DNA of 64,000 nucleotides. Origin: Phoronis australis (Eukaryota; Animalia; Phoronida). The stretch covers positions 736,619-800,618 of the forward strand of contig NMRA01000085.1 of assembly GCA_002633005.1 (NCBI GenBank), written 5' to 3'. The notes under the pieces were generated by a model that saw only the letters and a program-made list of their open reading frames with translations, was not told the DNA's origin and ran no database searches. The translations under genes and the position numbers were made by a program. Of the stretch, positions 25,801-36,588 are shown one piece after another. Position 1 is the first letter of the stretch. The number at the start of each line of letters is the position of its first letter.

Positions 25801-28800
25801 ATTACAGCCCAGGTTATGAGCTTGTTTGGGATAATTTGTTTCAAACACATTTGTCAAAATAATTGCTTTAAGCTGCAGTGAATATTTAGCGAAAATCGTG
25901 ACAAAGTTGAAATGACGTCCGACTTGCTGAATATGTTTTTTACGCAGATACGATCATGGTTTTTTAATATGAATTCTTTGATTTTTACTTTATTTGTCCA
26001 TTTAGTCGCACCCTTTACAGGTCGACCAGGTAACGTTAGCATCTGATGAACGTCTCTATGCTTTGATATTATTTGCTTTCCTTTTTGTTTTGGTGTTTAT
26101 GAATGTAATTTTATTTGGCTTTCTGTCTCTGGTCGTATATCCTATGTAAGCGGATCTTGAAGTGTCACCGATTATTTCAACCTTGTACGCAGGAACCTGT
26201 TTTATATTTATAGTTTGGAAGTCTGGTGCCAGCTAAGATGATCGTAGGCATGTTTGTACGAAACCAACACTGATGTAAACATGATTAAAGTTCTCATTCC
26301 AGCCCAGTGTTCACCATCTTAGCACACTTTAATAATGAGTGGTTCACCAATAAACATTTAAGATTCGACAAGCTTGGCCAAGACCAGCCTTACAATCTTT
26401 GATAGAACAGGTCCTTTTTTTACAAATTGTCTCACAGTGTTTGTGAAAACAGATATTTTCATTAACAATTTTGTTACATGTGTTGTCACTGACGTCCAAT
26501 GTGTGTTTCAATTATTGACAGGCTAATTTCATTTAACTTGGATGAGCTGAGCAAAAAGTATCTAACAATGATTGTATTGAGGTGCCAACCTTTGAAGGTC
26601 ATTCTTCAGTGAAGTAGATCTTCTGCTCAATCTTTTATGAGCTAGTTGGTTCATTTTCAAGAGATTCTCAAGTCTGTGACTTTTTTTGTCTCGCAGTTTT
26701 GAAAACACATCAAGGTGAATTCTTACATAATTCAAATTCTCAATGTAATGCATATTCATAAATAAGTTTTTAAGTGGTAATGATTAAGTGGTTTGTGAAC
26801 ATTCACCAATTAGACATTACGTAGCTTTGTGTAGTCTGCGAATATTCATCAAAATTGGTTGACAACACAATATTTTCATGTTAAATTCCCTGCTTTGTTG
26901 TCCAATAATTAGTTCAGCAAACAATTGTTGAATGAGGAAATCTTACAGTAAAATGTCAAAATTTTCAAATAAAATTAATTGCCTGAGTTTATATTTTGAA
27001 TAAGCTCACAGTCGGTCGAGCTGCACATTTTTCCAAGACTCTTTTTCCTGTTGCTATGCATTGTACAAAACTTGTACATGGCACAGCATTCATTCGGTTC
27101 TACATGTCTTCTGAAAAACGAGAGAAAACGGAACAATCGGAGAGATTTCACTGTTATTTGAATTTGCTCATTGATTATTTTTTAGTCAGGAAATAATATT
27201 TCTACGTAACGAACTTCGTCAATCAACAGTTTGTCTTTTCTAAAACATTTTGTAGTGGGTAAAGATTTATTGTTATCATTTCGATTAATATCTTATTTAT
27301 GAACTCATGCACCAAGAAACTGTTCATAATCTTCTTGAGGTACAACGTGTTAATGACAGCCTTAACTTATCTCTTATAGAACAGGAAACCCTCGTACGAA
27401 CCGCATTTCCCCAGTGGTTCATCAGTACCGCCACCGCCAACAACGCCGCGATCACCAAGCAGCTATGTGAATCTTAAAAATTTAAACGGTTACAAATGGT
27501 AGGTTGCTGAACGATTGTTCAGCATTCTGCATATACATGTAGTGTGGTTGTGTGAACGACCGTTCAGCGTACACGTGTCATGTCGTGTGAACGTTTCTGT
27601 TGTGTGTGTCCTGTTGAGTTGAGGTTTATGCAGCGGATTGTGAATACTAATGCCCGCATTGCAGGTTGTTCTGGGGCTGTTATAAATGAGAGTGAAAAGT
27701 TTCTGTAATTCTGGGACAAGTAATAGATTACCTCCCCAATCAACATGTGTGAAATTAGAACTGTACCTCTTGGACACATTTTCTCTTGAATATGTCTCTT
27801 TGACTCGTCTCTAGGGCTCGTTATCTCTTGGACTCGTCTCTTAGACATGTTGTCTCTAGGACACATTGTCTTTTGGACATGTTTCTGTGACATGTTTTCT
27901 CTGGGACATGTTGTCTCTTAGACTCTTTGTCTCTTGGACTCTTTGTCTCTTGGACGCGTTGTCTCTTAGACGCGTTGTCTCTTGAACGCATTGTCTCTTG
28001 GAGGCGTTGTCTCTTGGAGGCGTTGTCTCTTGGAGGCGTTGTCTCTTGGACGCGTTGTCTCTTGGACGCGTTGTTTCTTGGATGCATTGTCTCTTGGGAC
28101 ACGTTTTCTCTTGGACATGTCTTGTGAGCATGTTGTTCAATTTCCTCCTATGTCAAATCTCAACCACTGCTTCTTAACACCGTGTGTCAACACCTTGTCG
28201 CACCTAGGTGCTTTAGTGTGATCTCGTAAATGGGACAAAAACCCGAGTGGGAATCAACTAAGCATGAAAAAAATAATTAAAATTTCCTATGTGCAGTGTT
28301 GTGGCATTTGTTTTTATCCAAAGTTGCTACAATTTATTATGAAAATGTTAAGAAGCACTCGCACTTTTGAGAATGAGTATTCATCTCTGCTATGTAAGCC
28401 TCACTCATATTGCTGCACACTTGCATGTCAACCCTAGACACATACTTCTGTTACAGGCAGAACTTCACAGCGCACGCATTGTTATATCGCCGCATTTGTT
28501 TTATTTCCTTTATTCTCTCTCACTCCTGTTTTTGTCAATTTACCGATTTTAGAGTTTGCCACCCAAACCTGTGGGCACTTCTAGCCCACCACACTACTTC
28601 AACCGTCAGATTTCGACACCCACACTGTTGGCTACCCGCCCTCTCCCAGAACCAGGAATCGCTTCGTCCAGCCTCACCCGTCACGAGAGCTTGAACCGCA
28701 GTGGCACGAGAGCTCCCCACGGTGGTCGCCGTCCTTCCCTCCCTGCCCTACCAGCTGCGGCAATGCAAGCGTTTCCATGGTAACCACTACAGGCCTTGCC

Positions 28801-31800
28801 AAGGGTGGCTGTGGTTCACTGGCTTGTTTTGGCACATAGCTGTTCTCCCTGCTTACTAACGTTGCCAAGCAATTTCAAGGTGTCAGAAACTATCATTTGG
28901 ATAATACTGAGATTGTTGAATACTCTGAGGTGGCACTTTCAATTGGTCTGTGGGTCCCTTCTTCCCAAGACGGATTCAAATCATGTACGTTGTATGCATT
29001 AAGTAAATCGGGCAATATATTACAACACTGTCTGGGCCTGCATAGGTGGATCCAGGGGGTTCCCATGATTTTAGTGATATCATATGTAGAATTTTCAAAT
29101 TGTTGACTTGGACCCCCTTGGAAATCCTTGATCCAACCCCCCTTTTAAAAATCGTTGATCCTGGCTTACCCATCCAAGTAGACGGGTTGCAGTTCTCTAC
29201 AAACCATCTGAACCATTTTACAAGTTTCAGCGTAGCTTGACTGTTTTTTTGTATTACAGTCTGGTGTGAGATTTGTTTGCATTATTGCAGCCATCTTGGG
29301 AACTTTCACCGTACATTTTACCTGTGGTGTTATTCAGGTGTTTATTTCAATCTTGCTTGCCTACCGCATGGTTGCTGCCCTTGGGTCACATTCTCTGATC
29401 AGATGTGTGTGGCCAACGTGTGGGGTGCCGATACTGTCAGAACAGTTACCCCATAACCCTTCACCATTCTAGTTGTTATGTCACATTATTCCATCTGGAT
29501 CTTCAGATGTAAGACACACCGTGATTGCTGGTTTTGGTCACATGGGCAAGCTAAATCGGTCTCTCACCTGTAAAAAAGAAAGAATTTCCGCATGAATTAA
29601 GATGCCTAAATTACAGCCCTATTGACCTCGAAGGCATTTCGTAATCAACTTTTTGTGCGTTTCTTGGAAAGGTTTCGTTTATTAAGGAAAAAGTTACCAC
29701 ACCATTCCTAGTTAATGCCTGGCATAAAATTTTATGTAGCAGATGTTCAGAGGCCAAAAGTGTACAGCTTCGAATTGATTATATAATAAAGTGACTTAAA
29801 ACGTTGGAACGTCCCAAAATAACGCTTATCAGCTCTGCTGTGGATACAGTCACATGATCTCATAACTTGGGCAAACTAACCAATGTCTTTCATCTTTAAG
29901 GTTACGTGGCCTTGTCACCTGTTCTGTCTGATATCGATTTTCACCATTGCTTAATGCTTATCCAACTGGTGCGGCAACGTCATTGACTCGTGTTGGATGT
30001 TTATCTCAGTGTCCGGAATTTTATAAATAAATTTTTAATGCAGTTTTAGGTTAGGTGTTTGCAGTTTTGTACAAAAACAGCAAAATTCACGTCTACACAT
30101 GTCTGTAAAACTTTTGATATGTTTTTAAGTTTTGTTTTTGGTCAAGTTTTTTATACTGTTGTCAGTGTCTTACTTATAAGTTAGGTTCAGTTTGTAAGAT
30201 TAGAAACTTTGATATATGTCTTTGGCTTTTTGATATCTTTAAAATTTCTTGCTTTGCAGGTTCGTTGGTGAGTTGAGTCGAGACCAAGCCATGCATAAGC
30301 TTGAGCACATGGGCAGTGGGACATTTTGCGTCAGAGAGAGTAATAACCCGCAGAGGAGGGGACAGTACGCCATCAGTATCAAGTAAGGCCAAGTCATGAT
30401 AAGGATCTAAACAGGGATGACTTTCCGAGCAGACTGTTTAATCGCAGAAGGCAAAGGTCGTGAAAAATGCGTGAATACAACATTGTACAAACCTCAGTTT
30501 TAAGCAATGATAAATGTGGTTGCCGAATCTGAAGCTTGTCATTTTGACAACCTGATTTCAAATATAAGCTATGCGACATTTTTATGCTGACACTGACTTC
30601 AGAGCAGTAGGTACACCACTGAATGGTGTTGTTACGACTTTGCACTTCTTTAAAATTTGATAAAAACATTCAGGTCTTCATCTCCTTTTCACGAAACAAT
30701 TGGAAATTTACAATGAGCCCACTTTTTCTTGTTTTTTGTTTGAAAATGTTGTTTGCTAAATAAATCTGGATCTGGTCAAGTACACGATCAATGTCTTCTG
30801 CTACCAAGGTAATGCACTGATGTAACGCCTGCTGCCACCTTGTGAGTGGGAGGAATACTTGCAAGTAGTGCCTGCTGCCACCTTCTGAGTGAAGGGCAAC
30901 TCACAGGTAGTTTGTTAGTGAGAGCAGTCAATAAAAGCCATCAGGTTATATGTATGATTAGAGGCAATAGTTTGGACTGTTTTCCTCTAGTTTTGAATTG
31001 TATTGTTCAACTGTTTTAGGTTTGGCTCCTCGGTTAAACACATCAAGGTTAACTCCCAATCAGATGGAACATTCTTCTTGGCGGACTGTAAAATGTTCCG
31101 AAGTATACCGGTGAGTAGACCACACTGTTCCGTCTGCCAAAGACATTTTGTCAAATTTGAAGGCATTAGTAACTAAAGTAACTGAATGCCATTTTTTGAT
31201 AAATCAAATATTTGAAGTTCTGGCAATTTCGATATATGAAGTAGTCAAAATTCAGACATTAATTTTGTGAAATCATAAGTTAGTGATAAGGGAATGTGAA
31301 AAATATTGATCTCTGGGTAATATTGATCTCTGGGTAATATTTAATTTTGATCGCAGGTGGTTAATTGTAAGTATGGATTGGGTGATTCCACTTTGAAAAA
31401 TACTTTGAATTTCCTTTCTGCTAAGCTGTACCTATTTATTTATTTATTTATTTATTATTGTGATGTTTAAAATGAGGGTGGCCTCTTCAGTGATAGCACT
31501 GCTTTCCAAGAGGGCCCTCAACAATAAAAACAGTAATATTATAATGAAGTAATAAAACAACAATGAAATATACGTAATAAAGATACAATTAAAACAGGTT
31601 TGGCAGCTCCATATGAGCTGACTCGTGAATGAGACGGTGTGGCCACCTGCTGGCCGTTCTACAATGCATTCTCTTTTGTCATCTCCAGGAGCTTGTGGAG
31701 TACTACCAACAGAACTCTTTAGGCTACAGTTTTCAAGAACTTGACACGAAGCTGTTGGTTCCTTACAGAGAGGCCATAGAGAAGCTGCAGGGTAAGAATT

Positions 31801-33636
31801 TCTTAGAAATAACAATAATATTGCTGATCTGTCGCTCTTTCTAAGAAAAGTGTCGTGTTTTTGGGTCAAAACAAAATGAATAAATATCGGCCAACAGCAT
31901 GTTAGATTAATAGATTTTGATTTTAGGATGTTTATAGTTGTATTTTCCTGATGCTGATTAAAAAGACTAGCTTAAACATTATTCCATATTAACGTGAAAA
32001 TTTATAAAGATAAGTGTTTAGCTTTTATCACAAAACAAGTTCATTTGACTGATGGATACGTGATGTTGATAAGTTCTTCGATCACAGTCAATTGGTTATG
32101 TACCAGTTAACGTTTTCGGCCGTGGGTCAAACTAATGATGCTGCGAGTGGTTTGGACACGCGATGTCATCCTTACAGGCTGTGGGGACATCTATCGGCCG
32201 TCTCGTCTGCTCCTAGTGCGCTTCAGTGCCGTAGATATCTGGCTTCTGACCAATGTCTATTCATGCAGGAGGCACATTGTTTTTAATGTGAAAATCTTCC
32301 CAGTTGTTAAAATAGTGTGACAGGATTTAATTGTCCTGATCAAAATGCATCATGTGATCGGTAAAATTCTGTCACAGGATTGTTGAGATGACCGATAGAT
32401 GTCCCCACAGCCTATAAGGATGAAACATGCATCCAATCCACTCACTACATCATTAGTTCGACAAGAGCTGTAGAACTCATAGCCAAAAACGTTAACCAGT
32501 GTGTAACTCATTGACTTTTCGAAGAACTTTTCAATGTAATGTTTAACTTTTTGACTATTGATTTCTTGGTGTGAAAGGTTGCTGTTCATTAAATAAGCCA
32601 GCACAGTTAGCAGACAGCCTAGACTTTTGAACCCGTGTCAGAGGTTAAAGTTCTCCAATTAACACCATCCTGTACTAATTGGTTATTGTTTATTAGGTCC
32701 AGGCCAGGCAGCAGCCCACAGCGATGTGCTGAGTTATGCTGAAGTCAGTTACGACTATGCTGCTACGGCAACGAACCAGCTTGACCTTCGCCGCGGTGAC
32801 CGCGTCGCAATCACCAGCAAAGCTGGTGGCGGCAAAGGTTGGTGGAAAGGGAGGCTGAATGGCAAGGTAAGTATTCTAGCATGCAGTTGTTTTGTGGGAG
32901 TAACTTGTGAATTACCACATTCTCCGATAATATTTGGCCACACTTTTGCTGGTGACGTTTCAGTTTTTTGGACTTGGAAAGTGCCAGCCTTTGTTTACCT
33001 TTCCTCTTTGTTAGCGATTGGAGATTTATAAAAAAATGCGTTAAAGGTTGTGAAAACAAGACTTAACACAAATAGGTCACTTGCATAAGCTCATAAAGTC
33101 CAGACTGTACATGAAAAACTAGCGTGTCTGTAAGACGTCATGCCTAATTCCTGTTGGGCAGTAACAGGTTAGCACCGTTGTGCAAAGGGAAGTGGGACAA
33201 AAAATCACCTTGTTTCTTATCTTGCGAAATGTCTATTTCAAATACTATGTGTCAGTTGCTATGGACAAACCTCATGCAGTGACCCTCAGTTCTATATAGA
33301 AGGTGATACTGTGTGTTGTCCACGTTACAAAGTAAAGTAGACAGGTGGTATTAATGCCTTTTGTTGTGCTCCAGGTGTGCTTAGGATAAACAACTGGTCC
33401 CAATGCACTGATCACCTGGTTATGACTCGTTGGTGCCCTCAGCATGGGGCTCTGCTGGGGTCTTCTAATCTGTCCATTTCTTAAGGCAAAATTCATAAAT
33501 TAGCTAGACACTGGCAATGTGGTCAAGTAATTCATTCACCACACACAGTACGACGGTTTCATTTTTCTTACAGACTGGTTATTTTCCATTGGCTTATGTT
33601 GAAGAGGAAGAAGACAGACCCTTTGTTGGAGAATAA
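1837..33636 (+). CDS. VAV: Vav-family guanine nucleotide exchange factor (multi-exon, 5' end upstream of window)
   Basis: Spliced exons with compatible phases give the Vav domain order: CH end, acidic region (EIYEDL), DH ([10 protein letters not shown]; [20 protein letters not shown]), PH ([13 protein letters not shown]), C1, SH3, SH2, SH3, stop TAA at 33634-33636. Confidence 0.96.
1933..2027. mobile_element. ~90-bp palindromic dispersed repeat (copies also at ~7203-7275 and ~9561-9657)
   Basis: Shared gagaacc(a/g)gttt...aaactgg(t/c)tctc hairpin and cttacagg start. Confidence 0.65.
3225..3296 (+). CDS. VAV: Vav acidic-region exon A ([24 protein letters not shown])
   Basis: ctag acceptor, gtaagt donor, phase 2-2, paralogous to exon 3716-3793. 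Confidence 0.75.
3716..3793 (+). CDS. VAV: Vav acidic-region exon B ([26 protein letters not shown])
   Basis: tttag acceptor, gtaagt donor, phase 2-2; DEDIY matches the Vav1 Y142 context. Confidence 0.85.
4071..4093. other. Assembly gap (23 N)
   Basis: Run of N. Confidence 0.99.
5671..5764 (+). CDS. VAV: Vav acidic-region exon ([31 protein letters not shown])
   Basis: tgtag acceptor; EIYEDL is the Vav1 Y174 motif; donor either gtaaag after 5764 or a GC donor after 5776. Confidence 0.88.
6137..6244 (+). CDS. VAV: Vav DH domain exon ([36 protein letters not shown])
   Basis: tttcag / gtgagt; DH conserved region 1. Confidence 0.93.
7636..7905 (+). CDS. VAV: Vav DH domain exon ([19 protein letters not shown]...LRQSIL)
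   Basis: ttcag / gtatgt; [12 protein letters not shown] motif. Confidence 0.93.
8221..8316 (+). CDS. VAV: Vav DH domain exon ([32 protein letters not shown])
   Basis: ttgcag / gtaagt; DH conserved region 3. Confidence 0.95.
9385..9456 (+). CDS. VAV: Vav DH exon ([24 protein letters not shown])
   Basis: tttcag / gtctgt, phase 0-0. Confidence 0.9.
10128..10243 (+). repeat. 58-bp tandem duplication spanning a Vav splice acceptor
   Basis: gtc(c/t)gttgtttgacctttaaccttttatttccaggacctagcactctatgtgaacgag x2. Confidence 0.95.
10220..10312 (+). CDS. VAV: Vav DH-end exon ([31 protein letters not shown])
   Basis: ttccag / gtgagt; VNEVKRD motif; both junctions tandemly duplicated. Confidence 0.92.
10279..10455 (+). 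repeat. 59-bp perfect tandem triplication spanning a Vav splice donor
   Basis: tgaaatccagagcagtattgttgacctacagatggtgagtattggtgactaagaaagac x3. Confidence 0.95.
12323..12414 (+). CDS. VAV: Vav PH exon ([31 protein letters not shown])
   Basis: tgtag / gtatga; YGRLxxDGELK motif. Confidence 0.92.
13136..13181 (+). CDS. VAV: Vav PH exon ([15 protein letters not shown])
   Basis: tttag / gtaagt. Confidence 0.92.
15360..15380 (+). CDS. VAV: Candidate 21-nt Vav PH microexon (TVEKLLW)
   Basis: ctatag acceptor, gtaagc donor, phase 0-0 matching the flanking exons, no stop. Confidence 0.6.
17150..17460. repeat. Degenerate ~27-bp minisatellite
   Basis: ccattgtacattagac(a/g)tgtct(a/g)tcag-like units, about 11 copies. 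Confidence 0.85.
18382..18471 (+). CDS. VAV: Vav PH exon ([30 protein letters not shown])
   Basis: ctgtag / gtatga. Confidence 0.9.
18543..18918. mobile_element. Inverted 22-bp tandem arrays flanking a tRNA-like (Pol III A/B box) core
   Basis: gtctatttacactgacctcttg x3 (18543-18616), core with tagtggtgtagtgg and gggttgaaatcc, then the reverse complement gtgtaaatagaccaagaggtcg x~9.5 (18705-18918). Confidence 0.7.
19549..19658 (+). CDS. VAV: Vav PH exon ([37 protein letters not shown])
   Basis: ttacag / gtgagt; PH C-terminal helix Trp. Confidence 0.92.
19839..19938. repeat. 21-bp tandem repeat inside a dispersed repeat copy
   Basis: attatgggatagaattgataa x~4.5. Confidence 0.9.
20402..20535 (+). 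CDS. VAV: Vav C1 exon ([44 protein letters not shown])
   Basis: tttag / gtgagt; CxxC...LLRG.FFQGY.C. Confidence 0.93.
20649..20778. repeat. Intronic palindrome / foldback
   Basis: atgtagaaaatcaaattaaatcaattactgggctta versus taagtccagtaattgatttaattttctacat. Confidence 0.75.
21809..22068 (+). CDS. VAV: Vav C1 end and N-terminal SH3 exon ([14 protein letters not shown]...[14 protein letters not shown])
   Basis: tgtag / gtagga; HKEC and SH3 WW. Confidence 0.92.
22443..22505 (+). CDS. VAV: Vav N-SH3 end exon ([21 protein letters not shown])
   Basis: cctag / gtaagg; GFFPANYV. Confidence 0.93.
23486..23910. mobile_element. MITE-like element with ~45-bp imperfect inverted termini
   Basis: gttgcatgaaactgtccc...actaagttgcctaaat versus atttagggaacttagt...gggactgtttcatgcaac. 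Confidence 0.6.
23610..25714. repeat. ~1.05 kb near-identical direct duplication joined by a single N (probably an unmerged haplotype overlap)
   Basis: 23610-24662 matches 24664-25714 apart from scattered SNPs and small indels; N at 24663. Confidence 0.9.
23946..24149 (+). mobile_element. MITE-like dispersed repeat with TTCC(A/G)TAGACC termini; related copies near 5146-5300, 19671-19940 (reverse) and 24997-25201
   Basis: ttccatagacc ... ggtctacggaa termini; shared core aatccaacattccaacctcaccaaccaatcacttca. Confidence 0.65.
27380..27498 (+). CDS. VAV: Vav SH3-SH2 linker exon, variant 1 ([40 protein letters not shown])
   Basis: ttatag / gtaggt, phase 0-2, ends in TG of the SH2-initial Trp. 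Confidence 0.82.
27765..28125. repeat. 16-bp minisatellite
   Basis: ttgtctcttggacgcg-like units, about 20 copies. Confidence 0.9.
28553..28779 (+). CDS. VAV: Vav SH3-SH2 linker exon, variant 2 (SLPPKPVG...RPLPEP...[18 protein letters not shown])
   Basis: long polypyrimidine tract + ttttag / gtaacc, phase 0-2, also ends in TG of the SH2-initial Trp. Confidence 0.78.
30260..30382 (+). CDS. VAV: Vav SH2 exon ([42 protein letters not shown])
   Basis: ttgcag / gtaagg; FLVRES-like FCVRES. Confidence 0.93.
31020..31110 (+). CDS. VAV: Vav SH2 exon ([30 protein letters not shown])
   Basis: ttttag / gtgagt; VKHIKV. Confidence 0.92.
31689..31791 (+). CDS. VAV: Vav SH2 end exon ([34 protein letters not shown])
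   Basis: ctccag / gtaaga. Confidence 0.93.
32104..32499. mobile_element. Foldback element with ~100-bp imperfect inverted arms
   Basis: catccttacaggctgtggggacatctatcgg versus ccgatagatgtccccacagcctataaggatg, with matching outer gttaacgtttt / aaaacgttaac. Confidence 0.75.
32697..32866 (+). CDS. VAV: Vav C-terminal SH3 exon (…[39 protein letters not shown])
   Basis: attag / gtaagt; SH3 motifs. Confidence 0.93.
33574..33636 (+). CDS. VAV: Vav last coding exon ([20 protein letters not shown])
   Basis: ttacag acceptor; GYFP..YV then TAA. Confidence 0.92.
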   Translation, partial: TGYFPLAYVEEEEDRPFVGE

Positions 33637-36433
33637 GTCCTCGCTGAAGATTCTGCCACCTGTTGGCAACTTATGTTGTACAATACTCTAACAAGGCACG
33701 CGCTGTCTGGACATAGTCTCGAGGGGAGTGCCATCAACGAACCATTTAGAAGGTTATCAGCTCTATTTTCAATTCCACTAGTGCCTACTAGGTACCTTTA
33801 CTGTACATGCTGTGTTGACCCGTTAGTCTGCGGGATGTAATCCTCATTGTCAATCATTTGCTGTTAACTGCATTCGCATTTTGTAATTTTTCCTCATTTT
33901 TGTACTTTAAGAATTGCTGCACGCAGAATTATGAATTGATAGAATGATGTAAAATGTGCGTGAAACGAAAATTGAAGGATTATTAATTAGTTTTTGGAGT
34001 ACGATTTTTGCTACAAGTGCACTAAGGCACAACCACTTTTGAAAATCCTTGTGTATTCTACCCAATGTGTGGCTAAGTTTGAATTCTACTTGTTAAGTCT
34101 CTGACCTAAATGCAGTTGGTTGCAAGTCATAGCGATCATGTCAGGGACTGGTTTTGACCGATGCGACACTGTGAAATTTGCTGTGGTTCACAATCATGTA
34201 TTATCTGTGTGCGTTTCCTTGGAAATAAAACAAAACTCAACTGGCCAGAGTCGAGCAATAAAACAGTCTGGTGTTTTGCAATAGAATAGACATGGTGTTG
34301 GAAAAAAAATCTGCCAGTCCCAAAAATGATGCTGGTTTCAAGTATAATTGCAATTTGATGTAATGTGGTCAGGTAACCGTGGATACCCTTGGAAACTGTA
34401 TAGTGCGTAGTTGTTAAGTTAAGTTAATTTATTAAACGCAAATTCACTGATGTACTTAAAAAGTAAAGGGGCATTTTGTAAATACTCCATATAATGTAAT
34501 CGCTGACCTTTTAATTAATAAGTCAACTTGCGAACGTATGTAATGGGAATGCCGTCAGTTCCTAGGATTAGTTGGTAGTATTGACCAGTAGACGAAAGAA
34601 GGGCTCGGGCAATGAATGATTTTCGAGAAACTGTAGTTTCGGAAATGGATGGATTATGCCGACATGTTCAGCGTATGTCGCAATGCTAAATAACTGCTTA
34701 ATATCAAATATTTGAAAGTGAAAACAATTGAAAAGTCTCGGCAGAAATCCTGCACGGAGGTTATGACTGTATAGACATCACCAAGTTCCCTATGCTTGTT
34801 CATGAGGTATATCTTGAATATCACCAGCCATCATAACGTAATATTAGCAGTTTATTTGTTAATATATACATAAATATACTTTATTTACAAATACAAATTT
34901 AAATGCTGTAAATACAACTCGTTTATCTTTCTAATAACTAAATCATTGCTAAACATTCTTCTACAGTAGCCTTAGCCGGGACTTTTACACACTGAACTCC
35001 TGGAAAAAAATTTTGTGACCAACGGAGTCCACCATTCATTCCACAAGTTCAGTCTTGTCTATAAAGGTGCAGAATATTCTACAATACAGACAAACGGTAT
35101 GAAGCCTTATGGCCTGCCTATTAATTATAACATCCACTTTTGAAAGGCTTATAATGCCGAATTCTACAAGTTCAATTGGGTCAACTGTTCTGGCTGATGT
35201 GGCCTAGGTGACAAAATTTCAAAAGCTTTGTTAAAATGCAACTGTAAATTTTATTTGGAGCTAATTCGGGCCACCTCTTATTCACTATGTTTGAGTACTT
35301 TATCAATAACATACATCTACTCCCCTTCACTTGAGATTAGCAAAAGCTCTACAGAGTTTAAATTAAGGACAAACTTAGCGACTTGAGCAAACAATACAAT
35401 AAACTGCAGTAACATATGAAAGGGACCTGAAATGAGCTAGGGTATTGTGTTTGAAAACTGGTTGCTCCTTTTTGCAAAACAGAGTCTGTTGTTCACAATG
35501 GATGTTATTTATGGCACAGTAATGTTGGCTCCAATTGGAGTGATGCAAAAATGGAAACATTTAATTATACCAGGGCTTGGAATGACCAATGACAAAACTG
35601 AGGACATTTTTCAGTTGGGACACTTCACCATCTTGAAAAAGCTGTGTTGCATAAATTTAGTCTTCTGTAAAATGTGACTGAACTTTGGACTGCTTGACGA
35701 AAGGAGTTCAGCTTAAGTGATAGTTCTTAAATATTACGCTATAACGTGTAAATACCAATATTGATATATTGAGCTCATAAATTAATTTATAACGATATAC
35801 TACAAATAAACTTTTGTACTAAATAAAACATCTCTCCCATGAACAGAACTTGTCTCAAGACTACTTATAGTTCCGAAGGTTAGATATACCCAAAATGCAC
35901 TGGGAAGTTATTTTAAACCTCAAATATTTTTCTGTCAGTGGACTGAACAAACAAACAGCACGGGAAGCATGCCCTGTTTTCAAAAACAACAATCTCCTTT
36001 GCTCCGTGTTTTCTATGACCTTGAAAATAAAACCGCAATACTCTCGTCTCCTCACAGTGTACAAAGCAGCACAGATACAACACTCCTCAAGACATGTCTT
36101 GTCGTGTCTTCTGTCTCTGGCCCTCTCACCGCATGACCTGTCTGCACCCAGGATGATGTCTACTCTTCCAACTCAATTCAACCTTCCCACTGCATTCTAC
36201 AAACAAGACTGACTGACTATAGGTGTCGCTGTGTGTACCACGTGTTGAAATAAACACTGCGTTACAAGAATCTCTTTTTTTGCAACGTCACAACTGTTAC
36301 TGCAAACGTCCATTTTAACTCACAGAGCAATGGTTTCTCACTGCTCTTTCTGTTTCTCCTCCATCCTTGTAACACCCAATGGTTTGTCACAATTTTTATG
36401 GCTTCTCCCTCGTCCCTGTCATGTGCGCCATCA

Positions 36434-36588
36434 CTAAAACACCCAGTAGCGTAGAAATAAACAGAAGAGAATCACTAGCACTATGATGGCGGCGACCTTG
36501 GCGTAGGAAGAGCGCAGGTTGAGATAATGCGCGTCCTTTCTGTACTTTTGCGACAGACTGGAAAGGTTGCTGGCCTTGTCATCCAGAG
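36434..36588 (-). CDS. SEC22B: SEC22B exon 5 ([20 protein letters not shown]...TM...RYWVF*)
   Basis: ttacag acceptor; TM helix then TAG. Confidence 0.95.

Noticed and set aside
17113-28221. Repetitive ORFs at ~17.1-17.4 kb, 18.6-18.9 kb and 27.5-28.2 kb; possible CRISPR-like arrays
   Set aside because: They are translations of minisatellites; units abut with no unique spacers and the context is eukaryotic with no cas genes
29041-29168. Possible small hAT-type MITE (ggtggatccaggggg ... cccc...gatcc)
   Set aside because: Termini too degenerate to define and no TSD seen
30325-30345. SH2 FCVRES instead of FLVRES
   Set aside because: The phosphotyrosine-binding Arg is retained, so the change is probably tolerated
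31303-31340. 17-bp direct duplication aatattgatctctgggt
   Set aside because: Ordinary intronic slippage duplication with no link to splice sites
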